DNA of 64,000 bases, from the NCBI RefSeq assembly GCF_006345805.1, contig NC_043002.1:36890001-36954000 (forward strand), read 5' to 3'. The stretch comes from Octopus sinensis. Taxonomy: Eukaryota. Position numbers and translations under genes: made by a program. Below the pieces are notes generated by a model that had not been told where the DNA came from, ran no database searches, and saw only the letters and a program-made list of their open reading frames with translations. The first letter of the stretch is position 1. Each line of letters begins with the position of its first letter. Positions 52,641-64,000 of this stretch are shown piece after piece.

Positions 52641-53409
52641 AACAACTGATCTTCCTGTAGTTTCTTTTACCGAAAGCCAGGAACTTTTCAGCACCCCCTC
52701 ATATATTTCTTGTATTTTATTCTCTTCTCTTATGGGTAGTCTGTAGCATGTTATCTAATGCCTACTCTCCTTATTTTTCCCACCTCAGGTGAAATATGAT
52801 TTAAGTGACTTTGGTTGCTATTTCTTGCAGGCTGGAAAACAGTTTAGACACTTTTTGTATCGGTCCCTTATGCTAGTTTTCTAATTAAGTTTTGAAGTTT
52901 GAGTTTTTTGAAACACTATGTTAAATACTTTAATTAATCAATGAGTAATCAATAAATGATTTGGCAAAGGCATACTGGGAGACGGAAGTGATCAATATGC
53001 AATTCTAATTGCTTTATCATTTTTCAAAAGTATAAAAATTCAATTTTAAAATATCAATTTTCATGATTTTCTTTTTTGTGGCCAGGTTGAGATACTCAAA
53101 CATCAATTAACATACCTAAATGTTTAAATTGTAAGAAGTAGAAAATTATATGGAATTTTAAACTCATTTGTTTGACATTTGTTTTCCCATGCTAATGGAT
53201 GGCAATTGATTTTGAGGCAGGATTTTATGGCTGGATGCTCTTCCTGTCATGAACCCTCACCTGGGATTTTTTAAGATTCCACAGGTCATAGAAAGCATAA
53301 AGGGCAGAGCGACCTGTCATAATGTCAAATGGTGATGAGAGGAATATCAACATTCATGAACATTTACACACACACATACATATACATTTACATCCTATTT
53401 ATATGTGTT

Positions 53410-53442
<33 letters not shown>

Positions 53443-53477
53443 AAATATTATATAAATGTATGCTTCATTCCATAACT

Positions 53478-53566
53478 GCTATTGCTGAAGAGTGCAGGGT
53501 TACATGATCGGACTGTTACCTGACACTCCGTTGAACCCCTAGTGCGAAACCAATTGGTAAGATGGC
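53478..53566 (+). ncRNA. Hammerhead-like motif, core intact, weakened stems
   Basis: CTGAAGA (53485-53491)...GGGTT/AACCC...GC-GAAA-CCAATTGG-TA-AGATGGC. Palindromic stem III; stem I has a mismatch next to the core. Confidence 0.55.
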
Positions 53567-54038
53567 CATGGATATATAATACTGTACACTTTGATTAATA
53601 TATATATATATATATATAGATGTTTTGTGTCTGTATGTATAATGAATAGCTTCTTTTATTCTTAGCCAAGATTCGAAACCAAGCCTAGTTTTTTCTATGA
53701 GATCCTTTCTTTTGTTCTTGTCATTAGCCCTTACAAATTTATGAGAGTCAGTTGTCACATACAGATAACTTCTATTCTTTAACTGACCATTTGAGTCAAA
53801 CTTAGTTCAAAGCAGATAGGAGATAGAAAGTACTTTGTTTAGCCTGACCTAATTTATTTAGAAGAAAATATAAATACAGAACCCAAATCTGCTTCTACTT
53901 CTTTTGCAAAAGAACACTTCATGTATGGCTTGTCACTGCATGACTACACAACTTTTACCCTAACAGTTGTCTGACAAACAGCAATGTGAAATTCTGAGTC
54001 ATAGTTTTTTGTGATGGTTTTGCGGCTATAATAATAAA

Positions 54039-54075
<37 letters not shown>

Positions 54076-55964
54076 AGACTGGCTTAATACAGTTTGTAAT
54101 TTACCAAATTCATTCACAAGGTAGTGTTCAACCTGAGATTATAGTAGAAGACACTTGTCCAAAGTATATAGAGTAAATCTTATGTTAGAATTATTCCTGT
54201 TAATGCTATGAGATTCTTAATATCTATTTCAAGAATCTGATCTTAATTATTTATATATCAGACTATTCTTCACCAAGGAAGTGTAATGAAACTACAGTTG
54301 TCACCATACATACCAAAAGTCAGACTCACTATCCACTGTATATTGTTAGTTAATTTTTAATCAATCTAAATTTCAGAGTTTTTTCCTTGTCATTTTTGAC
54401 AAGAATTGTCTTCAACACCTGTTAATTTTCTTATTGTTACACATTAATTTTAAATGATTAGAAATACTTTTTGGTTTATTATTACATTAAGTATGTTAGC
54501 CAGCACTTTATATTGCTTTTTATACTGAAGGCATTCCTGGGAAATTTTCCAAGTAATTCTTTATAGCAAAGACACAAGACATGAAATTTGAGAGAGGTAG
54601 GGTTAGTTGATGCCACTGATTAAGCACTTGATTGGTATTTTGTTTGGAGGAATGAAGGGTAAAGTTGACCTTGGTGCAATTTGAACTCAGATTATATAGA
54701 TTATGAACAAATACAGGAAGGCTTTATCAATTCTGCCAGCTCACTATCTAAATTAATTAATAATAATAATTTGTGTTTCTGCAAAGCTCATTACATCTCT
54801 TGCCAGCTTTGGGTATGAAAATATCTGACTGAATCTAGGATCAAAATATAACCCCAGAGTAGCAGATATGTTTTTCTCAGTCTCATAGACTTTTGTTTAG
54901 TCCAACATAATTGGGTGGCATGCCTTGACATAGTAGTCTGTGCGTGTTTCTTTCTGTTCCATATACATGAAAAGAATTCATTTCCAATGTTGTTATTTAG
55001 CTCGTGAATATACCCTGATCAAATACATAACAATATAATTCTTTCTAATTTTGGCACAAGTTGAGCAATATTTTGAGGTAGAGGATTAGTCAATAACATT
55101 GACATCAGTGCTCCACCAGTACTTATTTTATCAACACCTATATTATACTGCCTATAATTGAAGACATTCCAGCCATGATCATCCTGTCTTTTTGCAGATT
55201 GGGCCAAGACAGAAAATTAACAATTAAGCTTTTTTGGTTTTATGTTTATTTGAGTAATGTAAGAAAGATAACAATTTTTGAATTGGCAATGCAGTTGCAT
55301 ATATATATATGATGTTAAGGTATACATAGATGCATGTGTCTGTATGGTTGGATACTTTGGTGATCAGACACTTTGTTGTAAAAGTACTTTGTATATTAGA
55401 TTAAACTGTCTCCATGAAATCTCTAAGTGGTCCTTGAATTTAAGTATATTCTCTATTTAATACAGTTTCTATGCAGAAAATATCTTTAATTTATATTACT
55501 CTAAATTTATATATACCACTTAGTGCTGACAATAATCTCAGCTGAATTAATACTCTCAACGATCTTCCTAATATAGTATCCTTTTACATGCAATCTTTAA
55601 TTCAAATAATATATTCAATTTTTGACAGTGTGTGGCCTAATGTTTAGAGTGTTTACTCATGATCATAAGGTCATAATATCAATTCCTGGACCAATTGATG
55701 AATTGATGTGCTATGGTCTTGTGCAGTGTACTTCATTTCACATTGCTCCACTCTTCTCAGCTCCTAGGAATACAAGCTGGTGCAGCCCTCTCCTGCTACC
55801 TATCACATCTTGTGTCTTCTACTGAGTCAAGAGCTGAAAATGTGTCTACAGTTTGTCAAAAAAATGCATGAGATTTTATAATTCCAAACTCACTTTTGAG
55901 TCATTGTTGGCTGTATTTTTTATATGCATTTAGGCTTTATTACTCCAAGGCATATGAATTAACT

Positions 55965-56757
55965 TTAACTCTTTAGCAGTCACATTATCCTGTCCAAAGT
56001 AATGCTTCTTTATTCACATGAATTGAATTAATCTTGCATATCTGAGAAGACCCAGCAAGCCAAGTGAGACCATAACCTTGTGGCCTAAGCCAGGGGTGTA
56101 ACCAGCCCACTTATGCATACCTTCCCTTCATTGGACACTGCTTGTGAAGTGAAGACCTGTTGAGGCAAGTGAAATCAGGATCAAAATCAAATTCGATGAC
56201 TTGCATCCGTGCTAGTGGAACACTAAGAGCACCATCTGAGCATGATCGTTGCCAGAGCGGCTAGCTGGTGTTCATGCTGGTGGCATGTAAAAATCACTAT
56301 TCGAGCATGATCGTTACCAGCATCGCCTTACTGGCACTTGTGCCGGTGTGTCGGTGACATGTAAAAAAAAAACAATTTTTCCGTGGCCGTTGCCAGTACT
56401 GTCTGACTGGCCCTCGTGCCAGTGGCACGTAAAAGCATCCACTACACTCTTGGAGTGGTTGGCATTAGAAAGGGCATCCAGCTGTCGAAACTCTGCCAAA
56501 TCAAGATTGGAGTCTGATGCAGCCATCTGGTTCACCAGTCTTCAGTCAAATCGTCCAACCCATGCTAGCATGGAAAGTGGATGTTAAACAATGATAATGA
56601 TGATGGTCTTGTAGCTTTTGAGATTTAGATGAAGTAACAGGGAATTTTTTGAAGGATATTCTAAGGATGGTGTGAGAGGCCAAATCTGGCCAGTTTGAAT
56701 ATAAAACAGGTAGAATATTTGGATCTGATGTGCCCTGTTAAAATACTAAATGGTTAA
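55965..56757. mobile_element. piggyBac-like MITE of the same family, interrupted by a (GAT)n-tailed repeat at about 56040-56604
   Basis: ttaactctttagca... and ...atactaaatggttaa ends; internal similarity to 17249-17857 in opposite orientation. Confidence 0.65.
56040..56604 (+). mobile_element. Family B repeat (RTE-type 3' tail, (GAT)n end), long copy
   Basis: ..gtggttggcattagaaagggcatccagctgtcgaaac..catgctagcatggaaagtggatgttaaacaatgataatgatgat; about 15 related copies. Confidence 0.85.
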
Positions 56758-57044
56758 AAGATTCTTATTTTCCTAATTTATTTCCCTTTACCTTTCAGAG
56801 TTGCTAACAATTTTTATAAATTTTTGTTTGCTTTCTTCCGCTTAAAAAGCACGCCATTTATTACATCAACTTGAGAACTCTGTTTATCCAGATCCCCAGT
56901 ATTAGTCCTGAGTTATTTCCCATTTTATATTTTAATCATAAATAATTTATTAATTTATCTCAGGGGTACAATCATGCAGAGAGTTTTGTAATCTAACACA
57001 TATTTTTATATACACATATATAGTTATATATGTATATGTTGCAA

Positions 57045-57091
<47 letters not shown>

Positions 57092-57183
57092 ATATATTAT
57101 ATATATCCTTCTCTCCCTCCTCCCTATCAATCTGTCTCCCCCTCCCTCTCTATATAAATATATATAAATATATATACATACAT

Positions 57184-57214
<31 letters not shown>

Positions 57215-58269
57215 AACATGTATATAGTGATATGTGAAAGAGATATAAGAAGAGAAAGAAATGGAAATAATGAATGCATTGGAATAAAGAGAGAGAGAGA
57301 GAGAGAGGGAGAGAGAGGGAAAGGGAGGAAGAGAGAGAGAGATAATGTGGCAAAAGCAAGGAAGTATATTTTCAGTATCCCCTTGCCAAATGCTTAGGAA
57401 GTTAATGCATCAATTATTCTCTGTCACTATGGCACTTTATTAGACACTGGACACATTTCTTTGACAAACAAAGCTAGTTTTGTTTAACTCTGTCTGTTAG
57501 AACTCCAGAATAGTAAACATTATTATAGTTTGCCTGGTCTCACAACCAGAGTAGCAGCACTTTGATCTGTGCAGTTGTAAGTAATTTAACATGTGCGAAA
57601 TATATTGTCAGCAATCAGGTATTTGCCTGTGTGGTGCAACAATGCCAGATAGCAATAATGAGGCTGTGTACATTTGGTCGTGTTTTTGAAGATTCATTAC
57701 TTCTTTGCTGAACAATTAAATGTAATACAAAAAGGAATTGTCTCCTGGACTTGCTGAAATAACATTAGTCAATAACTAACGGGATTTTCTGTTTTTTTTT
57801 TTCTTTCTGTATAATTCTTTTCTTCATTATCATAATTTATATTCCATGCATTAAATGCTGATGATGATGATGGTGGTGGTGCATTCCCCATTGGTTTTAG
57901 TAATAAGCATTCAGTTGTTTGATCAACTAAAATGCCTTACTTCAGCAACTGAAGAATGCCACCAAGGAGATAGGCATAACAGTTGAAACTAGCTCAATGT
58001 GGCTGTGGTTTTGGGTGGTGAATTGGCAGAACCATTACTGTGCTGAAAAAAATGCTTAGTGACATTGCTTCTGACTTTATATTTTGAGTTCAAATGCTGC
58101 TGGGATTGACTTAGCATTTCATCTTTTCAGGTTCGATAAAATATTTACCAGTTGAGCACTGGATTCAATGTAATCAACTTGCACCTTCCCCCCACAATTG
58201 CAAGCCTTGTGCCAAAATTTGAAACCAAAGTGGTTGAAAGAAACCACAAGTGGGACTCTTCTGTAGGAG

Positions 58270-58492
58270 AAGACTAATTCAGTCCTCACTGCCTCACTCA
58301 GTGAAACATGGAAACTGACAAAGAAATTATCAAATAGACTAGATGGCTGCTACACAAAAATCCTACAAATGGTGCTAAATGTGAAATGGCAGCAACATAT
58401 GACAAACGAATGCCTATATGGAGATCTGCTAAAAAGTTAGTGAGAAGATCAAGCAAAGATGGCTGCGACTATCTGGTCACTCCATGTGCCAC
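58270..58492 (+). mobile_element. RTE/RTEX-type LINE ORF2 fragment
   Basis: SETWKLTKKLSNRLDGCYTKILQMVLNVKWQQHMTNECLYGDL..EKIKQRWLRLSGH. Confidence 0.8.
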
Positions 58493-59644
58493 TCTGCATC
58501 GCATTCAGCATTAAATATATTGGCTTTGACTCAACTGTAACTTTGCTTTACCTTAGCTTCGTAAGTGTAGTATAGCCCAAGTTTAATCCTGGTCAACAAA
58601 CCTTTGATTATCTGCAGTAGCTATGATCATCTCATCTTTTATTAAAAAACAGTGCATTTAAGACTACATTATCCAATATATCCTTCACTTTTCAGAATAA
58701 TAGGATGTGATTTGAGGGAAATTTAACTGCTATTTCTAACAGTCACCACAGAGAAGCTCTCTTGTTGGATCAATGTGTCTCTAGGTCAAGATATTATGAC
58801 TAACATAAAGGCAAAGTGTAACTAAAATTGCTTATGTATATGATTTAATTATAATAAAAGAAATTCATTTTTTCTTGACATGAGAATAATTTTCAATATT
58901 AATTGTTCGACTGTCCTAACATTACATTCTCTTTATTGTAGTCATGTTAGTCATGGCAAAACTCATAACATTTATTATATCCTATTGCAACAGTTAAGTG
59001 TATAATGAACATGACAGATAAGCATTTTAAATGGTTGTCTCTTTGATCTGTTTTCTATAATTAGTAGTAGACTTCGTTATCTACAATGAGTTATGAGAAT
59101 ACTAATGTCCATGAAAACTTGGTGGGGAATAAATTACTGAAGTAAATCCTGTTTGCATTTTTTATGTAGATTTACACCTACGTTGTGAACTGACAATGTT
59201 GTGAACCAATGTGAAGTGACATATGGCTGTGAGGTTTTACAAACATCTTGAATAAGCTTGCTCACATGAGCTAGAACACACGGCATGAAAACACACAGCA
59301 CGAAGAAAGAAGAAGGTTGGATTTAAAGGGTAATCTAATTCATTATCTGGTATTGATTTCAAATTTCAAATTTTCGCACAAGGGGAGGGGGTAAGTTGAC
59401 TATATCGACCCTAATACTTATTTTATTGACCCCAAAAGGATAAAAGGTAAAGTTGACCTTGGTGGAATTTCAATGCCGAATGTAAAGATGGACGAAATGT
59501 CACTGAGCATTTAGCCTGGCATGCTTACAATTCTCATTGCCTGATATTCAAGCCACTGCTTAGCCTTGAGTTCTTTCCTTTAGTGGAGCTGCTTCTGTTG
59601 CTAGCATTCAGACAAAGTTTCAACTATGGGTTTATCAACAAGAC

Positions 59645-60030
59645 AGAGGCATGGCTGTGTGGTTAAGAAGTTTGCTTTGAAACCATGTGGCTTCCAGTTC
59701 AGTCCCATTGTGCAGCACCTTGGACAAGTGTCTTCTACAATAGCCTTGGGATGACCAATATTTTGTGAGTGAATTTGGTTGACAGAAACTCTATGAAAGC
59801 CTGTTGTGTGTGTGTGTGTGTGTGAGTGTTTGTCATCACTCATTACACCACTTGATAACTAGTGTTGGTTTGTTTACACCCACAAAACTTGGCTCAGCAA
59901 AAGTGACTGATAGAATAAGTGAATAAGTACCAGGTTCAAACAATAAATACTGGGGGCAATTCATTTGATTAAAAAACACTTTAAGGCAGTGCCCCGACAT
60001 GGCCACAGTCCAATGACTGAAACAAGTTAA
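59645..60030 (+). mobile_element. SINE family A, diverged
   Basis: Head gcatggctgtgtggttaag, tail gactgaaacaag. Confidence 0.8.
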
Positions 60031-61434
60031 TGACATTCCTTAATTTTGTCCACCAGGTTTGGAGGCCTTACATGATGCCACCCTTCCTACCCCTAATTAA
60101 ACCACTACAGGACACAACTTCTCAGCTCTTGCATAAACAGTTGTGTAGCTCAGTAGCTTGTCTTTTTGAACTTAATGTAAAAATTCCTAATCTGTTGGAA
60201 TATTCTTTTAGATATCATTTTAAATTACAATGCTAAAAGTTGACATTTTAAATCACTATGTTAAAAAAATACCATACCAAATTAGTGTTAAACAACCAGG
60301 ATACCAAACTGGTAGGTTAACCTAAAATAACTTTTAAATTGAACCTTAGGTTAATTTCAGAAAAACTCTCTAAAACACGGAAAATTTATTTTCTTTTTTA
60401 ATAATAAACTGTCAGTTTTTGTCAAAAATTACTGCCTTCACCAATTCAACTGAACTGTAAACATTTTTTAAAAAACATCCTATTAGTTGGCAAGGAAAAC
60501 AGTTTCACTAAAATTAAATGCTTATTTTTGAAAATTTTTATGTAACTTAATCAGAAGAGGAAGGTCAGCAGTCATGACACTTTCCAGGGTTTGAAAATAG
60601 TGAGAGGCAAGAAAAAAGTTATTCTCAGACTGCAGAACTGACCATAATGCCTCTAATAGAGTTTAATCTGCTAAAGGTATCCAAGGTCTTGGTAGTGGTG
60701 TTTAATTGCGTGCTGCATTTAATCTACCATCCAAGAACTGGAATGAAACTCTCTGTTGAGATTTCACATAGTTTCTGTTGGTCAAATTCCTCTCACCAGG
60801 CTCTGGCCAAACTAAGTCTATAGTCAGAGATATTTGCCCAGAGAGATGGTATTCAAAATCATGTGGTTACGAAGCAAACCTTTTACAGTCATACTTGTAT
60901 CCATAAAGATCGAACTTTTCCAGATTTGTAATAACAGTTTAATTAAGTTTCTGTTATGGTCAGGGACATAATGAGAAACTTAAGACAAATTTAAGATAAG
61001 GGATCCAAAGGCAATGTCACTAAATTCTCTTTACTCATGTATGATTTTTATTTAGCTCTTATGAACACACATACATCACACACACACACACACACACATT
61101 TATCTTTTATATATATTTATTATATAACAAGTGAGGCTGTGTGGTTACTTATCAACAATGTGATCTTGGGTTCAGTTCCCCTGCTTAGCAGTACTATAGT
61201 CAATAAGGAAGGGCATTCAACTGCAGAAACCATGCCATGACAGACAATTGGAGTCTGGACAGTGCCCAGCTGGACAGTGCCCAGCTGGACAATGCTCCAT
61301 GTCAAACTGTCCGACCCATGCTAGCATGGGAAGCGGACATTAAACGATGATGGTGATGATGATGATAATACACACACACATATATATATACATACAGATA
61401 CACACACTCTCATATATATAGTGAAAAAGGCATG

Positions 61435-61860
61435 CAACTGAGACCTTTGGAGATATGCCATGCTTGAGAAGACCAGACAAGCCAAGTGAGATCATAGTCA
61501 TGGTTGACGCCAATGTTGCACCCTTCAATCTTTGGGCAATATGTCATGCTTGTGAAGACCTGTTGAACTAAGTAAAATCATAGTTGCAGCCAATGCCAGT
61601 GCAACCTGACTGGTACCCATGCTGGTGGCATGTAAAAAACACCATTTGAGTGTGATCAATGCCAGTGCCACTTGACAGGCTCCCATGCCAGTGGCATGTA
61701 AAAGCACCCACTACACTCTTAGAGGACATCCAACTGTAGAAACCTTGCCAAATCAGATTGGAGCATGGTGCCACTTCCCAGCTTGCCAGTTTTCAGTCAA
61801 ACAAGCCAACCCATGCCAGCATGGAAAGCAGACATCAAATGATGACTATAATGATGATCA
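61435..61860 (+). mobile_element. Family B repeat
   Basis: Colinear with 56040-56604. Confidence 0.8.
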
Positions 61861-63419
61861 TATAAATATTGTTATAGATCCTGGTATATTTCAAGTATGA
61901 TCTGCTAAGATATTAAATCACCTGATTCATAACCAAAAATGATAACTACTATCCCATTTTGATTTCACCTTTTCAAGTTCTCTCTTGTGGAAAGACCATT
62001 TATCAAGATTTCCTGTTTTGGTAATGTAAAGAAGTTATTCCCTCCCTAATTCTAATTTGCTCCCTAGTTTTGGCATTTCCTTTGAATCTGTTCCCTATAG
62101 AAATTGGTTTTTGCACTTGTTCACTTTGTACTAATTTACCATCTTGTATCTGTTCTCCAAGCTTAATTAATAAATCCTTCCTCTTCTAATGAGTCTTTCG
62201 CTAATAATTAAATCATTTTCTTAAAAAACTAAACAATGATTTCTGTTATCTTTTCCTCTCAGAAAGTGAACATCTCATTTTATTACTTGCGCTAAAGTAA
62301 ACATTAGGCCATAGCAACACAAAAAGAAATGTGTCTGCATGCACACACACACACACACATACACTCACACACACATATGCTCACACACACATACGCTCTC
62401 TCACACATACACACGCACACGCATGCGCACATACCACACACACACATGCATACACACCAATGTGCACACAAACAGACGGACAGAAATGCTTGGGATATCT
62501 TTTTTTATTGATGTTCTTCCATATCTTAAGATTATGGTAAAGCAGTTTCTGCAGTTCACTTTTATCAATCTACATGTTAGTACACTACATAAATTCTTAA
62601 CATTATCTGATTAAGAGTAAAAAAAAAAAAACCCACTAAAGAAATATCAGCTTAGAATTAAACCAGAAGATACCTGAAAAAAAAACAAGATAAAATAAAC
62701 ACAAATTAAAATCAATGTTTTGAAAGTTTTTTTTTTTCTTTTTCTGCTTAAAGCTATTTTTGATATGGATCCAGATTTCCAAAACTCATTCCTCATTCGT
62801 TTTTACACACTAGTTGAATTATTCTGGAAATCTGCATGAGTTGTTGGAGAAGATCTATGGCTGAATTATCATTATTTTTGTTTTTCCATATTTCAGTCAA
62901 GAAAGAACAGCAGTGCTCAAGACACTTTCCAGAGCCCCCAGGACTAGTGGGCTGACCCAGAGCTTATTCATTCCTCTGAACATTGCTGCTGCACAGTTCA
63001 CACCTGCCTCAGTACCCCACTCTAGCAGTTCACACCTGCCTCAGTACCTCACTCTGTGGAAATAATGACGCTCTGAGAAGTGAAGTTGGGACATCTTTAG
63101 TGGATTTTTCATTCACAAGAATTTGTATCTCTCCTTTACCACTAACCTGCATCATGCGTTCACTCATTAGATTACACCCACCCCTAATTCTCACTCTCTT
63201 TTTGCAATCTTGTGAACTCTCCCACCCATTCACCATATCCAGTCTCCAGACCACTTTACTATATACACCTCCCTGTAACACTTGGGTGAAAACCTGCTGC
63301 CTTCTCCCCATTACATCTTCATCAGCTTCTCTCTACCCCTCTCTCTCCGTCTATGGTAGCCATGTTTTTCTTCTAATGCAAGACACTGTTCTGTCCCTCA
63401 ATACTATTTCACACCCTCT

Positions 63420-63650
63420 TTAAGGGGGTCTTGGACCTGCAAGTTACTTGTGATCACACTGTTACTGGTGTCACATATAAAGCATCTAGTACACTCTGTA
63501 AAGTAGTTGGCATTAGGAAGGGCATCCAGCCATAGGAACCATGCCACAGCAGACAGCAAAGCTTGGTGCAGTCTTCTGATTTGATAGTTCCTGTCAAACA
63601 GTCCTACCCATGCCAACAAGGATAATGGATGGCAAATGAGGATAATATTG
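63420..63650 (+). mobile_element. Family B repeat, diverged
   Basis: gttggcattaggaagggcatccagcc. Confidence 0.7.
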
Positions 63651-64000
63651 ATGAGAAGCAGAATTGATCTTGGTGAATTATCGAACTCATGATACTGGAA
63701 GCCAGAACAAATGCCATAAGGTATTTTTACCAATGCTCAAATCCTTCTGCCAACACCTCGCCCAATGTTGTTCCTAAAGCACAATAGTCAGCATGTGATG
63801 AGTTCAAACTTTGTATGAAATGTTTTGAGACTGAGGTATTCAAGAATGGTTGCATAGTTGATATAGTGAACTTTATTACTTATTTTTTTATATATGATAT
63901 TGTAAGTTTATTATATATTGTAACATATATTTACTTACATATGTTAGGAAAAAAAGGAATGATTGAAGATGAGGAGTCTGCAAGCAGCAGTACAGGCAGC

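Noticed and set aside
61255-61295. Short direct repeats (ctggacagtgcccag x3; atatgtactattac x3 at about 16595-16640) as CRISPR-like arrays
   Set aside because: These are simple tandem slippage repeats with no spacers, in eukaryotic DNA.
62895-63420. C-rich segment after a strong plus-strand acceptor, with a 31-bp tandem duplication near 62990-63050
   Set aside because: All frames hit stops and no protein family is recognisable. It is probably an old retroelement fragment that I cannot assign.

Overview
AT-rich, microsatellite-saturated eukaryotic DNA whose SINE, LINE and MITE content looks like an octopus (coleoid cephalopod) genome. Almost all of it appears to be intron of a minus-strand T-type voltage-gated calcium channel gene (Cav3, CACNA1G/H/I-like). 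One exon is unambiguous: 15383-15538 (-), encoding the domain II pore loop and S6. Two weaker candidate II-III linker exons lie at 6408-6489 and 4736-4947. I found no upstream (domain II turret) exon in the 48 kb above it. The rest is a mosaic of several tRNA-derived SINE families, an RTE-type (GAT)n-tailed repeat, decayed CR1, RTE, R2-superfamily and Penelope-like fragments, a long-TIR mariner derivative and small MITEs. Most ORFs in the supplied track are microsatellite artefacts. The most interesting signal is a set of minimal type I hammerhead-ribozyme motifs of the Penelope-like kind. One is structurally intact (23811-23870). One is fused to a tRNA-like pol III head (16708-16944). All core-intact copies lie antisense to the channel pre-mRNA, while all sense-strand copies have a broken or incomplete core. 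There are also several long fold-back palindromes that would form intronic dsRNA. All alignments and folds were done by eye, and repeat boundaries are approximate.
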